Below, one piece after another: positions 42,357 through 52,044 of a stretch of DNA of 64,000 nucleotides. The notes beneath the pieces were generated by a model that saw only the letters and a program-made list of their open reading frames with translations, was not told the origin of the DNA and made no database searches. Both the position numbers and the translations under genes were made by a program. This stretch comes from Anaerolineae bacterium (GTDB taxonomy: Bacteria; Chloroflexota; Anaerolineae; B4-G1; SLSP01). The stretch covers positions 68,702 to 132,701 of the forward strand of contig JBNGCW010000006.1 of NCBI GenBank assembly GCA_049975525.1, written 5' to 3'. Numbering within the stretch: the first letter of the stretch is position 1; each line of letters opens with the position of its first letter.

Positions 42357-43891
42357 ACCGAGAGATTCTACCTGCGAGACTGTACGTCGCCGCTTTCGTG
42401 GGGGGGCTGGTCTCCCTGGCCCTGGAGCTGGCGGCCGCTCGCCTGCTCGCGCCGGCCTTTGGCACCTCAGAGCTGGTCTGGTCGGCTATCATTGGCCTGA
42501 TTCTGCTCTACCTTTCGGTGGGCTACGTCGTCGGCGGACGGTGGGCCGACCGCTCGCCGCGCCGGGCTACGCTCTACACGTTGCTGGTGGGCGCGGGGTT
42601 GGCTATCGGCGTGATCCCCTTCGTTGCCCAGCCGGCGCTGCGTTTAGCCGCGCGGGGCATGTTGCAGTGGAACGCGGGGCAAGTCGTCGGCCCCTTCATC
42701 GCCGTGTTGATCCTCTTCGCCGTGCCGGTGACGCTGCTGGCCTGCGTCTCCCCCTTCGTTATCCGCCTGGGCATGCGCGACCTCCACACCTCCGGCGTCA
42801 CCGCCGGGCGCGTCTACGCCATTTCCACCGCCGGCAGTTTCCTGGGGACCTTTCTGCCTAACCTTGTCCTCGTTCCCTTGATCGGCACGCGACGCACGTT
42901 CCTGCTGCTGGCCATGGTCGCCGCTGCGACGGGCGTCTGGGGGCTGTGGCGGGCCGACCGGCGGCGCTTCTGGCTGCTGATCTGGACGCTCCCGCTGCTG
43001 GTGGGCCTGCTGCTGCTGAAGCCCGGCGCCATCAAGCCGCGCCCCGGCTTGATCCACGAGGAGGAGTCCGCGCATAACCTGATCCAGGTGGTGGAAAACG
43101 AGCGCGGGGCGCGCTTCCTGCTGTTGAACGAGGGCCAGGGTGTGCACTCTGTCTACGTTCCCGACGGCGTGCTGACCGGCGGAACGTGGGACTACTTCCT
43201 CATCGCGCCCTATTTCAACCCACCGCCTTATCGCCCCCAGGACGTGGACTCGTTGCTGGTCATCGGTTTGGCCGCGGGGACGATCCCCGATCAGTACACC
43301 GAAATCTATGGCCCCATTCCCATCGACGGGGTGGAGATCGACCCGGCGATTATCGAGGTCGGGCGTGAGTACTTCGAGATGACCCAGCCCAATTTGAACG
43401 TCTACGCTGCCGACGGACGCGCCTTCCTGCAGTGCACCGAAGGGTCCTACGACGTGGTGGCCGTGGACGCCTACCGCTTGCCTTACATCCCCTGGCACCT
43501 GACCACCGTCGAGTTTTTCCAGGAGATCGCTGCCCACCTGACGGCGGAGGGCGTCGTCGCCATCAACGTAGGGCACACGCCGGAGGACTGGCGGTTGGTC
43601 GCGGCCATGGTGGCGACGCTGGAGCAGGTCTTTCCCTCGACGCACGTCGTCGCCGTGCCTGAGACCTTCAACGCCATCGTGGTGGCGACCGCGCAGCCCA
43701 CCAGGGCAGGGCATCTGGAGGCGAACCTCGTGCACCTCGAGGAACCGCACCTGCGCGCCGTCGCCGGGCGGGCCCTCGCTAACCTGGTGGAGATCGCGCC
43801 GGGTCGTCCGATCTTCACCGACGACCGCGCGCCCGTGGAGTTGCTCACCGACGCGCTGGTGTTAAACTACGTGTTAGGAGCGAGACCATGA
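42353..43891 (+). CDS. Membrane-fused spermidine synthase-like (polyamine aminopropyltransferase) protein
   Basis: About 7 N-terminal TM helices, then a SpeE-like class I methyltransferase fold region (LVIGLAAGTIP...VVAVDAY..., GVVAINV). Confidence 0.65.
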   Translation: MNREILPARLYVAAFVGGLVSLALELAAARLLAPAFGTSELVWSAIIGLILLYLSVGYVVGGRWADRSPRRATLYTLLVGAGLAIGVIPFVAQPALRLAARGMLQWNAGQVVGPFIAVLILFAVPVTLLACVSPFVIRLGMRDLHTSGVTAGRVYAISTAGSFLGTFLPNLVLVPLIGTRRTFLLLAMVAAATGVWGLWRADRRRFWLLIWTLPLLVGLLLLKPGAIKPRPGLIHEEESAHNLIQVVENERGARFLLLNEGQGVHSVYVPDGVLTGGTWDYFLIAPYFNPPPYRPQDVDSLLVIGLAAGTIPDQYTEIYGPIPIDGVEIDPAIIEVGREYFEMTQPNLNVYAADGRAFLQCTEGSYDVVAVDAYRLPYIPWHLTTVEFFQEIAAHLTAEGVVAINVGHTPEDWRLVAAMVATLEQVFPSTHVVAVPETFNAIVVATAQPTRAGHLEANLVHLEEPHLRAVAGRALANLVEIAPGRPIFTDDRAPVELLTDALVLNYVLGARP

Positions 43892-44280
43892 ACGAGAAAA
43901 AGCAGGTTGAAGTCATCGGGGTCTATCACGTGCCCGAGCACAAAGGCCTCTCCATGGTCGAGATGCGGGTCAACGCGCGTTACGCCAGCTTCGACCCGGA
44001 GGGCTTTCTCAAGCCGGATCCAGAAGCGCCACCGGATCGGTGGGAGGCCGCCGACGACGTGCGCTACCTCAATCCGCAGGGCGATCTGATGATCGGCGAC
44101 CGTTTTCAGCGTCCGCTGGAGGAGCACGAAACGACGCGGCTGGTTATGTTCTTCCACGACCTGGATATCCGGGGGCCGCTGGTGACGCCCTTTGGTCTCG
44201 TCGAGCTGCCTAAACGCCGGCCCATCCCTGAACGGTTGCGCTCCATTATCCAGTACCATCCGGTTGAGGAGCAGTCTTGA
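43888..44280 (+). CDS. Hypothetical protein
   Basis: 130-aa ORF, overlapping the upstream gene's stop (ATGA). Confidence 0.5.
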   Translation: MNEKKQVEVIGVYHVPEHKGLSMVEMRVNARYASFDPEGFLKPDPEAPPDRWEAADDVRYLNPQGDLMIGDRFQRPLEEHETTRLVMFFHDLDIRGPLVTPFGLVELPKRRPIPERLRSIIQYHPVEEQS

Positions 44281-44369
44281 TTTCACTTGAAATAGCACCT
44301 GAAAATCGGATTTCTCCAAAACTTACCCCCATCTGTAGGAGACTTAAATTGCGGTATTAGACTGTGGCC

Positions 44370-44384
44370 AGGTGCGACGCACCT
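44370..44384. promoter_or_regulatory. 15-bp perfect palindrome AGGTGCGACGCACCT (member of a recurrent motif family)
   Basis: Read from the sequence. Related copies are at 44455-44469, 62870-62884 and 62939-62953. Confidence 0.55.
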
Positions 44385-44454
44385 TCGAATGTTTGAAAAT
44401 AGCCATTTCGTGCACGCTAGGATAGGCTTTTAGCCAACATGATCGGGTAATCGC

Positions 44455-44469
44455 AGGTGCGTTGCACCT
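44455..44469. promoter_or_regulatory. Palindrome AGGTGCGTTGCACCT (6-3-6)
   Basis: Same family as above; upstream of the DUF3048 lipoprotein gene. Confidence 0.5.
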
Positions 44470-44666
44470 TATACCGTAATTTCAAGTAGGAGAATTCGCG
44501 TCAAAACCACCGGATATAGGGGGTGGCCGACTATCCACCTTTTTTCAGGTGAGTCAATCTTAACGGATTCGGCGGTTTGGAAAGAAGGCCGTTTGTGCAT
44601 CTTCTATAAACAAGATGGTGACTATCTGACTCATTGACTACTCAACTATCCTGAGGAGAAAGTCCT

Positions 44667-45860
44667 ATGCCCAGACCAAAATCTTTGTTCACGTTGGTGG
44701 TGTTAACCATGTGGCTGATCAGCGGCTGTAGCGCCGCGACGCCGGCTGCGACCCCCACGCCCACTCGCACGCCGGAACCCTCGGCGACGCCCATTCCTCC
44801 CACGCCCACCGCCACCGCAACGTCGGTCCCACCGACACCGACGCCGACGCCGGAAATCGTCGAGGTCACGCCGTACCCGCCGGATGTCAACCCGCTGACC
44901 GGGCTGAAGGTTGAGGATGCGTCTATGCTGGATCACGCGCCGCTGGCGATCAAGGTCTCCAACTCACCGGAAGTCCGTCCCCAATCCGGCCTGGCGTTAG
45001 CGGATATCGTTTACGAGCATTACGCTGAGGGCGGCATCACACGCTTCACCGCCGTCTTCTATGGGACGTACCCGGAGCGGGTAGGCTCGGTGCGCAGCGG
45101 ACGCCTCATCGACCTGGAGATTCCGGCGATGTATCATAGCCTCTTTGCTTTCTCCGGTATGAGCGGCGGCGTCAAAGAGCGCTTCCGTCAGTCCGACCTC
45201 TTCCCCGATCAGGTGGCCACGCCGGACTTCGGTGTGGGGCAGCCGTATTTCTATCGCGTGCCCCGTGAGGGCCTGGCCTTTGAGCATACCCTTTTCGCTG
45301 ATCCCATGGCGCTACGGGATCTGGCTCAGGAGCGCGGCATCGACGAGCGACCGGAGTTTCCCAAGCTGATGGCCTTCAGTGAGACGCTGCCGGAGGGCGC
45401 GGTAGTGGATGACGTCGGCTACGTGGAAGTCAACTATCTACCCACCGTCTGCACTGCTCAGTGGACGTACGACGCGGAAACAGGGCGCTGGGCGCGTCAG
45501 ACCGCCGGCGCCGTGCACACCGACTACCTCACCGGTGAACAGCTGACGGCGGCCAATGTCGTGCTGGTCTTCGCCAACCACGTGGAATCGGAGATCTGGG
45601 AGGAGATGATCGGTGATCAGAGCAACTGGAAACGCTCCATTCAGATCCAGGTCTGGGGCAGCGGGCCGGCGTTGATCTTCCGCGACGGCAAGATGTTGCA
45701 GGCCTACTGGAAACGTGAGGCTCGCGATCACATGCTCACCTTCTGGGACGGCAATGGGTATCCGCTGCCGCTGAAGCCCGGTAACAGTTGGTTCCAGATG
45801 GTCCCCCTGGACGTCCCCGCCGAGGAATTCGAAGAGGGGCGCTATCGGTTTAACCCGTAA
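44667..45860 (+). CDS. DUF3048 (YerB-like) family lipoprotein
   Basis: Signal plus lipobox (LISGCSA) and a Pro/Thr-rich linker. The conserved DUF3048 segments are present (APLAIKVSNSPEVRPQSGL..ADIVYE...GITRFTAVF...VRSGR). Confidence 0.7.
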   Translation: MPRPKSLFTLVVLTMWLISGCSAATPAATPTPTRTPEPSATPIPPTPTATATSVPPTPTPTPEIVEVTPYPPDVNPLTGLKVEDASMLDHAPLAIKVSNSPEVRPQSGLALADIVYEHYAEGGITRFTAVFYGTYPERVGSVRSGRLIDLEIPAMYHSLFAFSGMSGGVKERFRQSDLFPDQVATPDFGVGQPYFYRVPREGLAFEHTLFADPMALRDLAQERGIDERPEFPKLMAFSETLPEGAVVDDVGYVEVNYLPTVCTAQWTYDAETGRWARQTAGAVHTDYLTGEQLTAANVVLVFANHVESEIWEEMIGDQSNWKRSIQIQVWGSGPALIFRDGKMLQAYWKREARDHMLTFWDGNGYPLPLKPGNSWFQMVPLDVPAEEFEEGRYRFNP

Positions 45861-45895
45861 CCCTGCTCGCAGGGAGTGTCTTGGTTCTGTGTTGT
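45861..45895 (+). terminator. Weak intrinsic terminator after DUF3048 gene
   Basis: CCCTG-CTCG-CAGGG hairpin followed by a T-rich run tgtcttggttctgtgttgtgtg. Confidence 0.35.
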
Positions 45896-46166
45896 GTGCC
45901 AGATGAACGTCGCGGCGTCGCGTCCAGGCGACATTCCGCCTGACGGCATTTGAGCATCACGTTCAGGTATACCCCGTTCGGGTGCTCTCTGACGCCACGC
46001 CACCTAAAGGCGGACCTATGGGGCTGCTTTCCCAAACGCGACTCCGCTGACGCTGCGTCGCCGACGACGAGCGGAAGGCTTGTCGTCAAGCGTGCAGATG
46101 TCGGCCAGCGCGAAGCGACAAAGCAGGGAAGGGGCCGATTTACGATGAGCAAGACGGTACGCCGAT

Positions 46167-46949
46167 GTGTTCAGAGGTGTGATGATGTTATTGGCTGTCG
46201 ATATCGGTAACTCCAACATCGTCTTCGGTGTTCACGATGGGGAGCGCTGGTGCCATCACTGGCGCGTGCGCACGGTGCGCGATAAGATGCCCGACGAGTA
46301 CGTGGTGCTTTTTCTCGCCTTTCTGAGGGAGGCGGGACTGGACGTCGGGTGCTTTGAGCAGGTGGCTCTCAGTAGTGTGGTTCCTCCGCTCACCGGCGGT
46401 TTTGGGGAGATGTTGGCCGCGCAGACCGGCGTCGCGCCGTTGATTCTCAATCACGAGACGGCGACAGGGTTGGCCTTCGCTGTGGACGATCCCGCCGAGG
46501 TGGGAGCTGACCTCATCGCCAATGCGGTGGCGGCCCACGCTCGCTGTGGCGGCGCGTGCATCGCCGTGGATTTCGGCACGGCCTCGACGTTCACGGTGGT
46601 TTCGGATGCGCCGACCTTTTTGGGCGTCGCCATCGCCCCAGGGCTGAACCTGGTGGCCTCGGCGTTGGCCGGAGGGACGGCGCAGTTGCCGCAGGTTGAG
46701 TTGGCGGCGCCGCCCGGTCCCATCGGCACCAACACCGTCACCGCTATCCAGGCGGGCGTGGTGTTAGGATACGTGGGGCTGGTGGAAGGGTTGATCGACC
46801 GTCTGCACGGGGCGTTGGGTTTCTCGACGCCTGTCTTCGCCACCGGTGGTCTCTCCCGCGTCATCGCCCCGCTGACCGACCGTTTCACGGCTGTCGACCC
46901 CTGGTTGACGTTGGAGGGCATCCGCCTGATCGCGCTGCGCAATCGCTGA
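46167..46949 (+). CDS. coaX: Type III pantothenate kinase
   Basis: LLAVDIGNSNIVFGV...; ASKHA-fold CoaX motifs are present (DFGTASTFTVV, ATGGLSRVIAPL). Alternative start at 46182. Confidence 0.85.
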   Translation: MFRGVMMLLAVDIGNSNIVFGVHDGERWCHHWRVRTVRDKMPDEYVVLFLAFLREAGLDVGCFEQVALSSVVPPLTGGFGEMLAAQTGVAPLILNHETATGLAFAVDDPAEVGADLIANAVAAHARCGGACIAVDFGTASTFTVVSDAPTFLGVAIAPGLNLVASALAGGTAQLPQVELAAPPGPIGTNTVTAIQAGVVLGYVGLVEGLIDRLHGALGFSTPVFATGGLSRVIAPLTDRFTAVDPWLTLEGIRLIALRNR

Positions 46950-46965
46950 ACGGCGGGGCCAGGGG

Positions 46966-48450
46966 ATGAAGAGGTCGCACCACGCTCGCCTCCTCCCTCC
47001 GCTGCTTCTGCTGCTGACGGCGTTGGTGCGGACAGCGTGGTTGGCCCGTTTTCCTCAGGATCCGCTCGGTGCGGTGGACGCCGAGGGGTATCATCTTTTG
47101 GCCCGCAACTGGTTGGCAGGACGCGGATTCTCCATGAGGTGGGAGCCGTCCTTTTGCCCTACCACGGTGCGCACTCCGCTCTATCCGCTCTTCCTGGCCG
47201 CCATCTACAGCGTTCTGGGACTCGATCCGGCGCGGGTGGTGCCGATCCAGGTGCTTCTGGAAGTAGTGACGACGGCCTGGGTGCTGCGGCTGGGAGGCGA
47301 GGTGGCGGGGCGACGGGCCGGGGCGCTGGCCGGGTTGCTCTACGCGCTCAACGGAACGACGCAGCGTTACACGGGGGTGCTCTACGCCGAGACGTTGTTG
47401 CTGCCGCTGTTCACGACGGCGCTCTGGGTCACGGTCCGAGGGCTGCGGTCGGCGCGGAACGGTACCGTCCTGGCGGCGGGTGTGCTGTGGGGGCTGGCGG
47501 CGTTGACCAAGCCCAACGTCCAGTATCTGGCGTTGGGCGCCGGCCTCTCGCTCGCCGTCTGGCCAGCGCGCTCCACGCTTTGTAGGCGCTTCATGTCTCA
47601 TGTTTCTCGTGCGCTGCTTTTCGCTCTGGGCTTGCTCATGGTGGTGTTTCCCTGGTTGACGCGCAACTACGCGCTCCTGGGGCGCGTCACGCTCTCCACG
47701 GCTTTCGAGGAGAACGCGGCGCGGGTCAGCGCGGTAGCGGCGTTGGCCGAGGCGCGGGACCTGGAGGTGGAACCGTGGACGGCGTCGTGGGAGGTGTTGT
47801 ATGGGGAGTTGGTCGTTGAGGCGGCGCAGCGCTACGGCTGGGAGCGGCGCGCTGGAACGGAGACGGTCTGTGCAGAAGAGCGCCGGCGGCATCGCGAGGT
47901 GGCGCAGGTGGCCCGTGAAGTGCTGTGGACGCATGGTCAGGCGGCGCTGACGGCGCATCTGCGCGGCGTGGCGCGTTCGCTTCTGGATCCGGGGCACCGT
48001 ACCTGGTATCCGGCGCTCACCGGGCGCGGGTGGGAGACGACGGGGGTGGTGGCGGATGTGTGGCGGCGGATGGGGGCGTCGCTGCGCATCGGGGCGGTGG
48101 GCGACGCGCTGCATGCGCTCTGGTTGGAGCGCGTTGTGCGCCCGCCGGGGGAGGCAGCGCTGCTCTGGTGGGGGCTGTTTTCAGCCCGGCTCACGCTTTG
48201 GGGGGCGGGCCTGCGGGGATGGCGATGGCTCCGTCGCCGTGGGCGCGGTGGGGCAGACTTCCTGGTGGGAAGCGTGGGCTACGTGTTGCTGTTACCCGGC
48301 CCCATCGCCTATGAGCGATTCTATCTACCCGCCATTCCTCTTGTGGTGATCCTGGTGGGTATCGGCCTGACCGGGAGACGTCACAGCGGAAGGGGGGGCG
48401 CGAGTCAGGTGCGCTTGGATTCGATCTGCAGGCCGGGGATGTGGAAGTAG
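46966..48450 (+). CDS. GT39/GT83-like (ArnT/PMT family) membrane glycosyltransferase
   Basis: Multi-TM protein with the ArnT-like N-terminal DE motif region (AVDAEGYHLLARNWLAGRGF...). Its 3' end overlaps the convergent permease gene by about 46 nt. Confidence 0.7.
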   Translation: MKRSHHARLLPPLLLLLTALVRTAWLARFPQDPLGAVDAEGYHLLARNWLAGRGFSMRWEPSFCPTTVRTPLYPLFLAAIYSVLGLDPARVVPIQVLLEVVTTAWVLRLGGEVAGRRAGALAGLLYALNGTTQRYTGVLYAETLLLPLFTTALWVTVRGLRSARNGTVLAAGVLWGLAALTKPNVQYLALGAGLSLAVWPARSTLCRRFMSHVSRALLFALGLLMVVFPWLTRNYALLGRVTLSTAFEENAARVSAVAALAEARDLEVEPWTASWEVLYGELVVEAAQRYGWERRAGTETVCAEERRRHREVAQVAREVLWTHGQAALTAHLRGVARSLLDPGHRTWYPALTGRGWETTGVVADVWRRMGASLRIGAVGDALHALWLERVVRPPGEAALLWWGLFSARLTLWGAGLRGWRWLRRRGRGGADFLVGSVGYVLLLPGPIAYERFYLPAIPLVVILVGIGLTGRRHSGRGGASQVRLDSICRPGMWK

Positions 48451-49127
48451 CGCTCGATTTTGCCCATGCTCCAGGTGATGAGGAGCACCAGGAGCAGGTA
48501 GACCAGGCCCACGAAGGGTAACATCACCATCTGGTTGTAGTGGGCGCTCATGATGCGTCGGGCTTCACCGAAGAAGTCCTGGACGGCGATGATGTAGACG
48601 ACGGAGGTGTATTTGACCATGTAGGCGGCCTCGTTAGACCAGGGGGCGATAACGAGACGCAGCGCCTGAGGCATGACGATGTGGAGGATAGCCTGAAGTC
48701 GGGTGAGGCCCAGAGCACGGGCCGCCAGCATCTGTCCACGCTCTACGGCCTGCAAAGCGCCTCGAAAGTACTCGGCCTGATAGGCGCCGCTGTTGAGGCC
48801 CAACGTTATGTAGGCCGCCGTCATGGCGTCCAGGACCAGCAAATCAGGCGGGAGTCCCACCTTGGCGAGAAGGTCGCTGACGTTGGGGTCCGCCAGGCCG
48901 TAGTAGATGAAGAAGAGCTGCACCAGCAGGGGGGTGCCCCGGAAGATGTCCACGTAGGCGGTGGCCAGGCGTTGAAGCCAGCGAGAGCCGTAGACCCGCG
49001 CCAGGGCGGTGGGGAAGCCTACGCCCAGGCCGATGAGCAGGGCGCCACCGCTGAGGCGAAGGGTGATAAGCAGGCCGCGTCCCAGTTCCGGCCAGATCAT
49101 CTCCCAGAAGTTGACGAGCCAGGTCAT
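48405..49127 (-). CDS. Amino-acid ABC transporter permease (polar amino acid/HisMQ family)
   Basis: The His/Gln/Glu/Arg-family permease signature is present ([20 protein letters not shown]; EAA-like [18 protein letters not shown]). Confidence 0.85.
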   Translation of the reverse strand: MTWLVNFWEMIWPELGRGLLITLRLSGGALLIGLGVGFPTALARVYGSRWLQRLATAYVDIFRGTPLLVQLFFIYYGLADPNVSDLLAKVGLPPDLLVLDAMTAAYITLGLNSGAYQAEYFRGALQAVERGQMLAARALGLTRLQAILHIVMPQALRLVIAPWSNEAAYMVKYTSVVYIIAVQDFFGEARRIMSAHYNQMVMLPFVGLVYLLLVLLITWSMGKIERYFHIPGLQIESKRT

Positions 49128-49885
49128 GTCGGTTGTTCCTCGCCATAGAGTTTGGTGATTTTACCCAGGAACTCGCCGGTGCGCCGGTGTTGGGGGTTGT
49201 AGAAGAGCTGTTGGGGCGGGCCTTCTTCGACGATTTTGCCTTTTTCCATGAAGATGATGCGGTTGGAGACCTCTTTGGCAAAGCCCATCTCATGGGTGAC
49301 AACGAGCATGGTCATGTGCTCGCGGGCCAGTTTTTTCATCACTTCCAGCACTTCTCCAATGAGCTCAGGATCCAAGGCCGAGGTGGGCTCGTCGAAGAGC
49401 ATGACTTTGGGGTTCATGGCCAGCGCGCGGGCGATGGCGACGCGCTGTTTCTGGCCGCCCGAGAGTTGGCCGGGATAGGCGTCGGCTTTGTCGGCCAACC
49501 CTACCCGCTCCAGTTCGAACAGCGCCAGGTCCCGCACCTGTGCCTTGGGCATCTTTTTGACTTGGACCGGGCCGATCATCACGTTGTCCAGGGCCGTCAT
49601 GTGGGCGAAGAGGTTGAAGTCCTGGAAGACCATGCCCACCTGGGCGCGGACTTTGTTGATGTCGGTCTCGGGATGGGTGACCTCAACGCCGTCAACCCAG
49701 ATGCGTCCCTGGTCGGGGTAGGTGAGCAGGTTGATGCAGCGCAGAAGGGTGCTTTTCCCTGTGCCGCTGGGGCCGATGATGACCAGGACTTCGCCTTTAT
49801 CGACTTCCAGGCTGACGCCTTTGAGAACTTCAAGGTCGCCGTAGGTTTTGTGCAGGTTTTCGATCCGTACGATGGGTGCGTTCAT
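49124..49885 (-). CDS. Amino-acid ABC transporter ATP-binding protein (GlnQ-like)
   Basis: GPSGTGKST (Walker A), [15 protein letters not shown] (signature) and [11 protein letters not shown] (Walker B). Confidence 0.9.
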   Translation of the reverse strand: MNAPIVRIENLHKTYGDLEVLKGVSLEVDKGEVLVIIGPSGTGKSTLLRCINLLTYPDQGRIWVDGVEVTHPETDINKVRAQVGMVFQDFNLFAHMTALDNVMIGPVQVKKMPKAQVRDLALFELERVGLADKADAYPGQLSGGQKQRVAIARALAMNPKVMLFDEPTSALDPELIGEVLEVMKKLAREHMTMLVVTHEMGFAKEVSNRIIFMEKGKIVEEGPPQQLFYNPQHRRTGEFLGKITKLYGEEQPT

Positions 49886-49933
49886 GGGGGTTTAGGCTCC
49901 GTGTGGGTTAGCCGCCGGCGTTCCTTCGGTCTT

Positions 49934-50428
49934 TTACGCAACGGCATGAGAAAAGTTCATAGATTGCTGGCCGGCCACGCGCCGGATGTTGAGGTTGGCG
50001 GTGCGTAGTTTTTCCATCAGATCGGCTGCCATGCGGCGCATGATGTAGAAGCCGATTTCGGGGTAGTCTTCAACCGTCTGGAGGAGACGCTTGCGAGGCA
50101 AACGCACCAGTGAGACGTTGGTGCGACAGCGGGCGGTGGCGCTGCGTGCACCTTCTTCGATGAGGACGGCCTCGCCAAAGGTATCGTGTTCTTTCAGCAC
50201 TGCCAGTTCCATGGGCTTCTCTTCATCTTCGGTTTCCAGAATGATCTCCACTTCTCCCCGGGCGATGATGTACAGGGCGTCGCCGGGATCGTCTTGATGG
50301 AAGATGATCTCACCGCTCTGATAGTTGAGCTCCTCACAGGTCATCAGCACCAGGTCAAGGTGCGTGTCGTGTAGATCTTGGAAGAGGTGCGAGTTTCTCA
50401 GCACTTGTTTGCTTTCTTCGAAGTGCAT
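49934..50428 (-). CDS. Cyclic nucleotide-binding domain protein
   Basis: cNMP-binding beta-roll motifs are present (GEIIFHQDDPGDALYIIARGEVEI...FGEAVLIEEGARSATARC). Confidence 0.75.
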   Translation of the reverse strand: MHFEESKQVLRNSHLFQDLHDTHLDLVLMTCEELNYQSGEIIFHQDDPGDALYIIARGEVEIILETEDEEKPMELAVLKEHDTFGEAVLIEEGARSATARCRTNVSLVRLPRKRLLQTVEDYPEIGFYIMRRMAADLMEKLRTANLNIRRVAGQQSMNFSHAVA

Positions 50429-50602
50429 TGTTCAACCTCCTGTGTGCACACAGCCCGCTCCGACGCGGCTCCGATGGGATGAGAGTCGGAGGTCTTAGCC
50501 GGATTTATTCAGTGACTTCATTATAGAGAACAACGGGGGTAATGCAAGTTCAAGCCGCCGGCGAGCCCCCGTCCGCGTTTTCTGCCTTCGGCTTTTCGGC
50601 CC

Positions 50603-51091
50603 TCAGATGGAAAGGGTCGTCAGTTCACCGCTGTCCAGGTCAAGGATGGCAAAGGTGCTGGAGCGCCACGGTGGATTTCCGACGGCCCCGGGATTGAGGC
50701 GGCGCGTGCCTTGTATCTGTTGGTCCTCCGGCACGTGCGTGTGCCCGCACACAACGTAGTCGTAATGTTGCGCGTAGCTCACGCCTTGCAACATCTGGCG
50801 GTCGTGACCGTGGAGCAGGGCGATGGGGTGATCGTCGAAGAGGAGGTCGTGAAAGGGGGCGAAGCGTCCGGCACCAAAGAGGTCTGTGGCGGTCTCGATG
50901 AGGGCCTCGGCGCGATCCATGTTGCCTTGAGCGATCCACAAGTTGAAATCCCGTAACATCTCCAACGTGTGTGGGGAGGTGAGGTCGCCGGCGTGTAAAA
51001 CGACCTCGATGCCGCTCGCCTGCAAGTAGGCGACCACGGACTCGAGGTGCTCGAAGTGATCGTGGGTGTCGGAGATTAAAGCGAGACGCAT
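50603..51091 (-). CDS. Metallophosphoesterase (MJ0936/YfcE family phosphodiesterase)
   Basis: SDTHDHFEH...HAGDL...GNMD...LHGHD...CGHTHVP are canonical metallophosphatase motifs I-V. Confidence 0.85.
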   Translation of the reverse strand: MRLALISDTHDHFEHLESVVAYLQASGIEVVLHAGDLTSPHTLEMLRDFNLWIAQGNMDRAEALIETATDLFGAGRFAPFHDLLFDDHPIALLHGHDRQMLQGVSYAQHYDYVVCGHTHVPEDQQIQGTRRLNPGAVGNPPWRSSTFAILDLDSGELTTLSI

Positions 51092-51106
51092 GGCAAAGGG
51101 AAAGGG

Positions 51107-51745
51107 TTAGCGGAGGTCTTCGATCTGAACCTCGATGTCCTTCATGGCACGACGTGCTGTGGTCTCGTCAACGCCACGGATCTTGAGGATCACGAGGCCG
51201 GTGGAGCGATCTTCTCCGTAGAAAGTTCCCAGGGTGATGATATCTGCGCCCACCGCAGCGAGACTGCCGGCAATTTTGGCGAAGGCGCCTTTCTCGTTCT
51301 TTACCCGGAGGGTCAGGCGGATGCCTTCCTCGCGGGCGCCCAACATCTCCAGCACCGTCTTGAAGATATCTGTCTCTGTGATGATGCCGACCAGCTCCTC
51401 TCCCTCCATGACGGGCAGGCCGCTGACCTGGCGATCGATCATGATACGCGCAGCCTCCTCCAGGGGAGCGTCGGCGTCGACGGTGATCGGATCTTTGGTC
51501 ATGATCTCGCGGACTTTGAGCTTGGCGAGCAGATAGCCCACCTCGTAGACGCTGAGGCTGGTGGCGGGGGAGGGCGAAGCGTAGAGCAGGTCTTTCTCGG
51601 CGACGATGCCGATCATCTTGCCGTGTTTGTTGACGATGGGCAGACGGCGCACCTGATTCTGGCGCATAAAGCTGAGCGCCTCGGCAACGGGTGTCTCCGG
51701 GGTAATGGTAATGGGTTTGGGGGTCATGCGGTGTCGTACCAACAT
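51107..51745 (-). CDS. CBS-pair plus ACT domain protein (AcuB-like)
   Basis: Two CBS motifs (MTPKPITITPETPVAEALSFMRQNQVRRLPIV; IMTKDPITVDADAPLEEAARIMIDRQVSGLPVM) and C-terminal ACT-like region. Confidence 0.8.
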   Translation of the reverse strand: MLVRHRMTPKPITITPETPVAEALSFMRQNQVRRLPIVNKHGKMIGIVAEKDLLYASPSPATSLSVYEVGYLLAKLKVREIMTKDPITVDADAPLEEAARIMIDRQVSGLPVMEGEELVGIITETDIFKTVLEMLGAREEGIRLTLRVKNEKGAFAKIAGSLAAVGADIITLGTFYGEDRSTGLVILKIRGVDETTARRAMKDIEVQIEDLR

Positions 51746-52044
51746 CTTTTCTCTCCTTCAGTCGCTTTCGTGCATCTTCATCGTCGATAGCCGCTTGAGA
51801 GGGATGGGCATCGAGAGACAGCCCCTTGAAAGCCGGACGCTCAAACGCACCTCAAGGACGTGCCCCCCCTCGACCAGTGGATACCTTATCATAGCACAGA
51901 TTTGTATCTTCTCAATGTGAGAGTGGCGTTAAAACGGCACCTCACTGCCTTCCGTGCCTGACTACGAGCTGCATTTAAAACTAAAAGATGAGGCTCTCCG
52001 AGGTCAATTGACCTCGGAGAGCCCGGGTGTCGCCTGCTACAGGA

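Noticed and set aside
42644-43750. 368-aa minus ORF antisense to spermidine-synthase-like gene
   Set aside because: Low-complexity Arg/Gly/Asp translation. The plus frame has the TM plus methyltransferase pattern.
46885-48114. 409-aa minus ORF antisense to GT39-like gene
   Set aside because: The Arg/Pro/Gln-rich product is extreme in composition and clearly non-protein-like.
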